Of a stretch of DNA of 64,000 nucleotides, positions 60,681-64,000 are shown piece after piece. The notes beneath the pieces are model-generated. The model saw only the letters and a program-made list of their open reading frames with translations. It did no database searches and was not told the origin of the DNA. The DNA is from an uncultured Clostridia bacterium (GTDB lineage: Bacteria > Bacillota > Clostridia > TANB77 > CAG-508), in contig CALYAG010000001.1 in NCBI GenBank assembly GCA_944393465.1, positions 1,709 to 65,708 on the forward strand. The letters run 5' to 3'. Position 1 is the stretch's first letter, and each line of letters begins with the position of its first letter. Made by a program: the position numbers and the translations under genes.

Positions 60681-60790
60681 CCCCCGAGTTTTGATAGCAT
60701 GTCAAAACTCATAGGGGGTTAGGACTTATGACAAGGTCAAAGTCCTGTAAAAAATACTTCGTATTTTTATGGAGCCTTCGGCTTAAAAAG
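60681..60790 (+). promoter_or_regulatory. candidate oriT / mob leader (four consecutive hairpins)
   Basis: The hairpins are cccccgagttttga-tagcatg-tcaaaactc-ata-ggggg, aggactt..aagtcct, aaaaatac-ttc-gtattttt, and agcc-ttcg-ggct. They lie directly upstream of the relaxase gene. Confidence 0.35.
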
Positions 60791-60812
60791 AATCTTCAAG
60801 GAGGTGCTTTTG

Positions 60813-62201
60813 ATGGAACAAGAATTAGCATATTCATTTCACTTAGGTAGTGATAAAAACAAAAGTAAATTAGCCAAAAGAGTATCAAAAGATAATGTAT
60901 CTGGTACTACTTCTCTTTCCAATAATGCAATTCAAAATGCAAATGATTTATCTAGAGTTAATAAGCATAATTTAAGAGATTATGATAAAAATAAAGAATT
61001 AATTAAAGTAATTTATGGTTCAAATAATATTATAACTGATGTAAAAAATTTGTATTTAAAAGAATTTGAAGAATCTAGGCTAGAATATAACAGCAAGCAA
61101 ACTCGTGAAGATAGAAAAATCAAAGACTATTTCAAAAAAGTATGTGAATCTCAAAACGATATAGCGTGTGAAATTATAATAGAACTTGGAGATATGGACT
61201 TTTGGAATAATAAAGACCAAGAATATAGATTAAAGATGATTGATGTATATAATGAACAAATAAAAGATTTAACTAAATTTGTACCTACTTTTAAAATAGC
61301 AAATGCTACAATACATTTTGATGAAACTTCTCCACATATGCACATTGTAGGTGTACCAGTAGTTGAAAATTGTACTAGAGGGATGAAAAAACAAGTTGGA
61401 AAAAGCAAGCTATTTACTAAAACATCATTAACTAATATACAAGATAAAATGAGAAATGCTTGTATTAAATCATATAATAAGTTTTATGAAGTTGATACTA
61501 GACTAAAAGAAAAACAAAAAGGTAGAAATCAAGATATAAATGTAAAAGATATGAGTAATTATAAAAAAATTAAGAAACAGTTGGACAAGAACGCACAAAA
61601 ACTTGCTGAGGCAAATAATCAAACAGAAAAATTAGACAATAGCAGTAAAGATATAAATTCAATATTAGATAAACTAAAACCATCTAAACTTAATAAAAAT
61701 AATAATCTTATTTCAAATGAGGATGTTGAAAAAATCAAAAATTTTACAAAAGATGTAAAAGATATTACTAAAACAGTTAGAAGTGTAAATGACTTAAATA
61801 TGGCAATTAAAGAATTTGAACATAGTTCTTTTGAAATAGCACAAGAAAATTCTTCACTAAAATATCAATTAGAGTTAAAAACTGATAAAATTAATAAATT
61901 GAAAGAAGATTTATCTGCTAAAGATAAGATTATTGATAAATTAAAAACAGAAAAAGAAAAAATAAAACAAGAATTACAGAAATTTAAAGACTTCTGGTAT
62001 AGAATTATGGGACATTTTCATAAGAGAATTTGCTATGACAAAGATAATAACTATAAAATAGTAAGTGATGACTTATACAAAAATGGTATATTTACTGATG
62101 ATGAAAATGAAATTGCAAATAATATTGCTAGAAAAATAAAACCGAAAGAAAATATAGAACAAACTATAAATAAAAAGAAAAATAATTTTGAATTAAAGTA
62201 A
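60813..62201 (+). CDS. mob: plasmid recombination/mobilization relaxase (Pre/MobV family)
   Basis: Contains the HFDETSPHMHIVGVPV motif (HxDE...PHxH) and a long coiled-coil C-terminus. ATG at 60813 after AAGGAGG. Confidence 0.8.
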   Translation: MEQELAYSFHLGSDKNKSKLAKRVSKDNVSGTTSLSNNAIQNANDLSRVNKHNLRDYDKNKELIKVIYGSNNIITDVKNLYLKEFEESRLEYNSKQTREDRKIKDYFKKVCESQNDIACEIIIELGDMDFWNNKDQEYRLKMIDVYNEQIKDLTKFVPTFKIANATIHFDETSPHMHIVGVPVVENCTRGMKKQVGKSKLFTKTSLTNIQDKMRNACIKSYNKFYEVDTRLKEKQKGRNQDINVKDMSNYKKIKKQLDKNAQKLAEANNQTEKLDNSSKDINSILDKLKPSKLNKNNNLISNEDVEKIKNFTKDVKDITKTVRSVNDLNMAIKEFEHSSFEIAQENSSLKYQLELKTDKINKLKEDLSAKDKIIDKLKTEKEKIKQELQKFKDFWYRIMGHFHKRICYDKDNNYKIVSDDLYKNGIFTDDENEIANNIARKIKPKENIEQTINKKKNNFELK

Positions 62202-62215
62202 AGGAGTAAGATATT

Positions 62216-62512
62216 ATGGAAGAAAATAAAGTTGAAAATGTAATAAATATAATCAAAGATATGGATATAAAAGATAAATTAAGACTTGGAATATGTCTAT
62301 CTACTAGTAGTTGGACTAATATTCTATATGATAAAACAGAAATGTATGAGAAATTTGATACTATGCTAAAAGAAATTGATAAAGAATATAGAACTACTCT
62401 AATAAATTTTGCAAAGTATAAACTTGTAATGTATACAATGGCTAAGATTATGGAAATGAAACAAACTGAAAGAAATAAAATTGTTTTATATTTGTTTAAC
62501 AATGTTAATTAG
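62216..62512 (+). CDS. hypothetical protein
   Basis: 98-aa ORF with an AAGGAG RBS, immediately after mob. Confidence 0.4.
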   Translation: MEENKVENVINIIKDMDIKDKLRLGICLSTSSWTNILYDKTEMYEKFDTMLKEIDKEYRTTLINFAKYKLVMYTMAKIMEMKQTERNKIVLYLFNNVN

Positions 62513-62681
62513 AAAATTTATTATTACTATAGGAAGGTAGCTGAACTATTGAAGAACGTAAGATTTTATGGTATAATTACTAAGATTTAGCAAGTAAGCT
62601 AATTAATTTTTTATAATCTCCTTTTGGAGTTAAACATAAAGAACCACTAGCAGCACAATAATTATTGAAGGAGGAATTGGT

Positions 62682-63338
62682 ATGGAAGAAAGACTTAAAA
62701 GTACAATGAGGTTTTATCTCTTGGCTACACAACTGAAATATAAAATTAGGAGTGGCTGGGACGAAACACATTGGAATGTGAGTAAAGAAAGAATTGAAAG
62801 TATTGCTGAACATGTTTATGGAACGTGCATACTGGCATTAAGTATCGATTCTGAATTTGAAACACACTTGGATATCGGTAAGGTAATAAAAATGCTGGTT
62901 CTTCACGAATTAGGTGAAGTTGTCATAGGAGATATTACCCCATTTGACAATGTCACTCTAGAAGAAAAAATGGAAAAAGAACATGAAGCAATCAAGGAAG
63001 TTCTAGGCGACTTAGTCAAGAAGAAAGAATACTTTGCATTATTGTTAGAATTTGACGAAAGGAAAACGAAAGAAGCAATTTTTGCTTATCATTGTGATAA
63101 ATTAGATGCCGACATACAAGCAAAAGTTTATCAGGATATGGGGTGCCAAAATCCCTTAGATAGGCAGGAAAATAATGTTGTTTTCAACAGTCAAAAAGTT
63201 CAACAAATGGTGCAAGACGGTGCAAAAACGGCATTTGACATTTGGTATGAATGGGATAGACCGTTATATGCAGAAGATGAAAGATTTTCAAAACTTCTTG
63301 ATTATATTAAGGAGGCTGATACTCAAACGGACTTTTAA
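62682..63338 (+). CDS. HD-domain 5'-deoxynucleotidase (YfbR-like)
   Basis: Contains ESIAEHV (H), LHELGEVVIGDITP (HD) and CDKLDA motifs. 218 aa. Confidence 0.7.
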   Translation: MEERLKSTMRFYLLATQLKYKIRSGWDETHWNVSKERIESIAEHVYGTCILALSIDSEFETHLDIGKVIKMLVLHELGEVVIGDITPFDNVTLEEKMEKEHEAIKEVLGDLVKKKEYFALLLEFDERKTKEAIFAYHCDKLDADIQAKVYQDMGCQNPLDRQENNVVFNSQKVQQMVQDGAKTAFDIWYEWDRPLYAEDERFSKLLDYIKEADTQTDF

Positions 63339-63376
63339 TGTAACTCGCAAACAAAATTGTTAAGGAGGAAAAAGAT

Positions 63377-63571
63377 ATGGCAAAGCTTACATTTTTTTCT
63401 GTCTTAAAAAGCAACTTGAAATGTGCCTTTTGTAAAAAAGAAAATTGCCCCGTAAGGTATATGCCCCAGAGGAAAAAAACTCAGATTTATGATGGTTCAC
63501 AATATGTTACAAGATGCGAAAAAGATGAGAAGGCACGTGAAGATGCTATGTTGAAAAGACGGCTTCCGTGA
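63377..63571 (+). CDS. hypothetical small Cys-containing protein
   Basis: 64 aa with an AAGGAGG RBS. It has an in-frame CGG at 63560-63562 and is followed by a strong terminator. Confidence 0.35.
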   Translation: MAKLTFFSVLKSNLKCAFCKKENCPVRYMPQRKKTQIYDGSQYVTRCEKDEKAREDAMLKRRLP

Positions 63572-63584
63572 TATGTAAGTCAGC

Positions 63585-63630
63585 AAAACAGAATGTATTA
63601 TATTAAAATGTAATACATTCTGTTTTTGTG
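63585..63630 (+). terminator. rho-independent terminator
   Basis: aaaacagaatgtatta-tattaaaatg-taatacattctgtttt plus TGTG. The stem is 16 bp. Confidence 0.8.
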
Positions 63631-64000
63631 AGAATTTTATTAAAAAATACATTGTAAGATATTGCAATTTATAAAAAATATGATATACTTTAATAAATTG
63701 ATTGATATTTGTATCAATCGTTATGAGAGCCAAAAAGTTGTAAATAACTACTTCGTTGGCACCATTTCATAAAAATAAAAAGAAGAAAAACTCTAGTAAA
63801 TGCTTATAAATCAACATTTATTAGAGTTTTTGGTTTTATATAGTTTTAACAAAAAAACAAGTAAATTTAATTAAATTTTAAAGAAATTACCCTAAAATTA
63901 CCACCAATTTTTCGATAAAAATAGAAAAGAGATAAATTATATTGACACGCATAAGTAAATACATTATAATGATATTTAGTCAATAAAAATAAAAAATGGA

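Overview
By eye this is a roughly 30% GC chromosome segment of Firmicutes/Clostridia type, from a probable spore former (a cotJABC cluster is present). Most of it is housekeeping: rimP-nusA-infB-rbfA-nrnA-truB, prmC, whiA, hemW, rplU-rpmA, a U32 peptidase, glgP, pyk, ppaC, a heterodimeric ABC exporter, sufCBSU, a P-type ATPase and three tRNAs. Seven things stand out.

1. Next to tRNA-Thr (about 45.9-51.6 kb) lies an island with a tight operon: radical SAM/SPASM, a putative DNA-base-hypermodification (aGPT-Pplase-like) protein and a Gfo/Idh/MocA oxidoreductase. A pyrimidine-5'-nucleotidase-like HAD gene and an HNH/degenerate ParB-like fusion sit beside it. This is my best candidate for an undescribed DNA or nucleotide modification system.
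2. An FGE/C-type-lectin-fold surface protein has a C-terminal 130 nt that is GC-rich, A-depleted and full of NNC codons. That is the signature of a diversity-generating retroelement (DGR) variable region. No reverse transcriptase or template repeat is present in the window.
3. Three otherwise intact genes (the DGR target, fic and cotJC) are each interrupted by a +1 frameshift at the same tetranucleotide, CGGA.
4. Two interleaved families of intergenic palindromic repeats occur at several loci.
5. A roughly 220-nt GC-rich probable ncRNA lies antisense, downstream of truB.
6. A serine-recombinase/MobV integrative mobilizable element begins just after tRNA-Leu(UAG) and runs off the window.
7. Smaller oddities: Cys/Asn-rich tails on the CotJ proteins, a Gly/Pro/His-rich tail-anchored protein, and an L27 without a propeptide.

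All functional calls come from motif recognition by eye. No database search was run.
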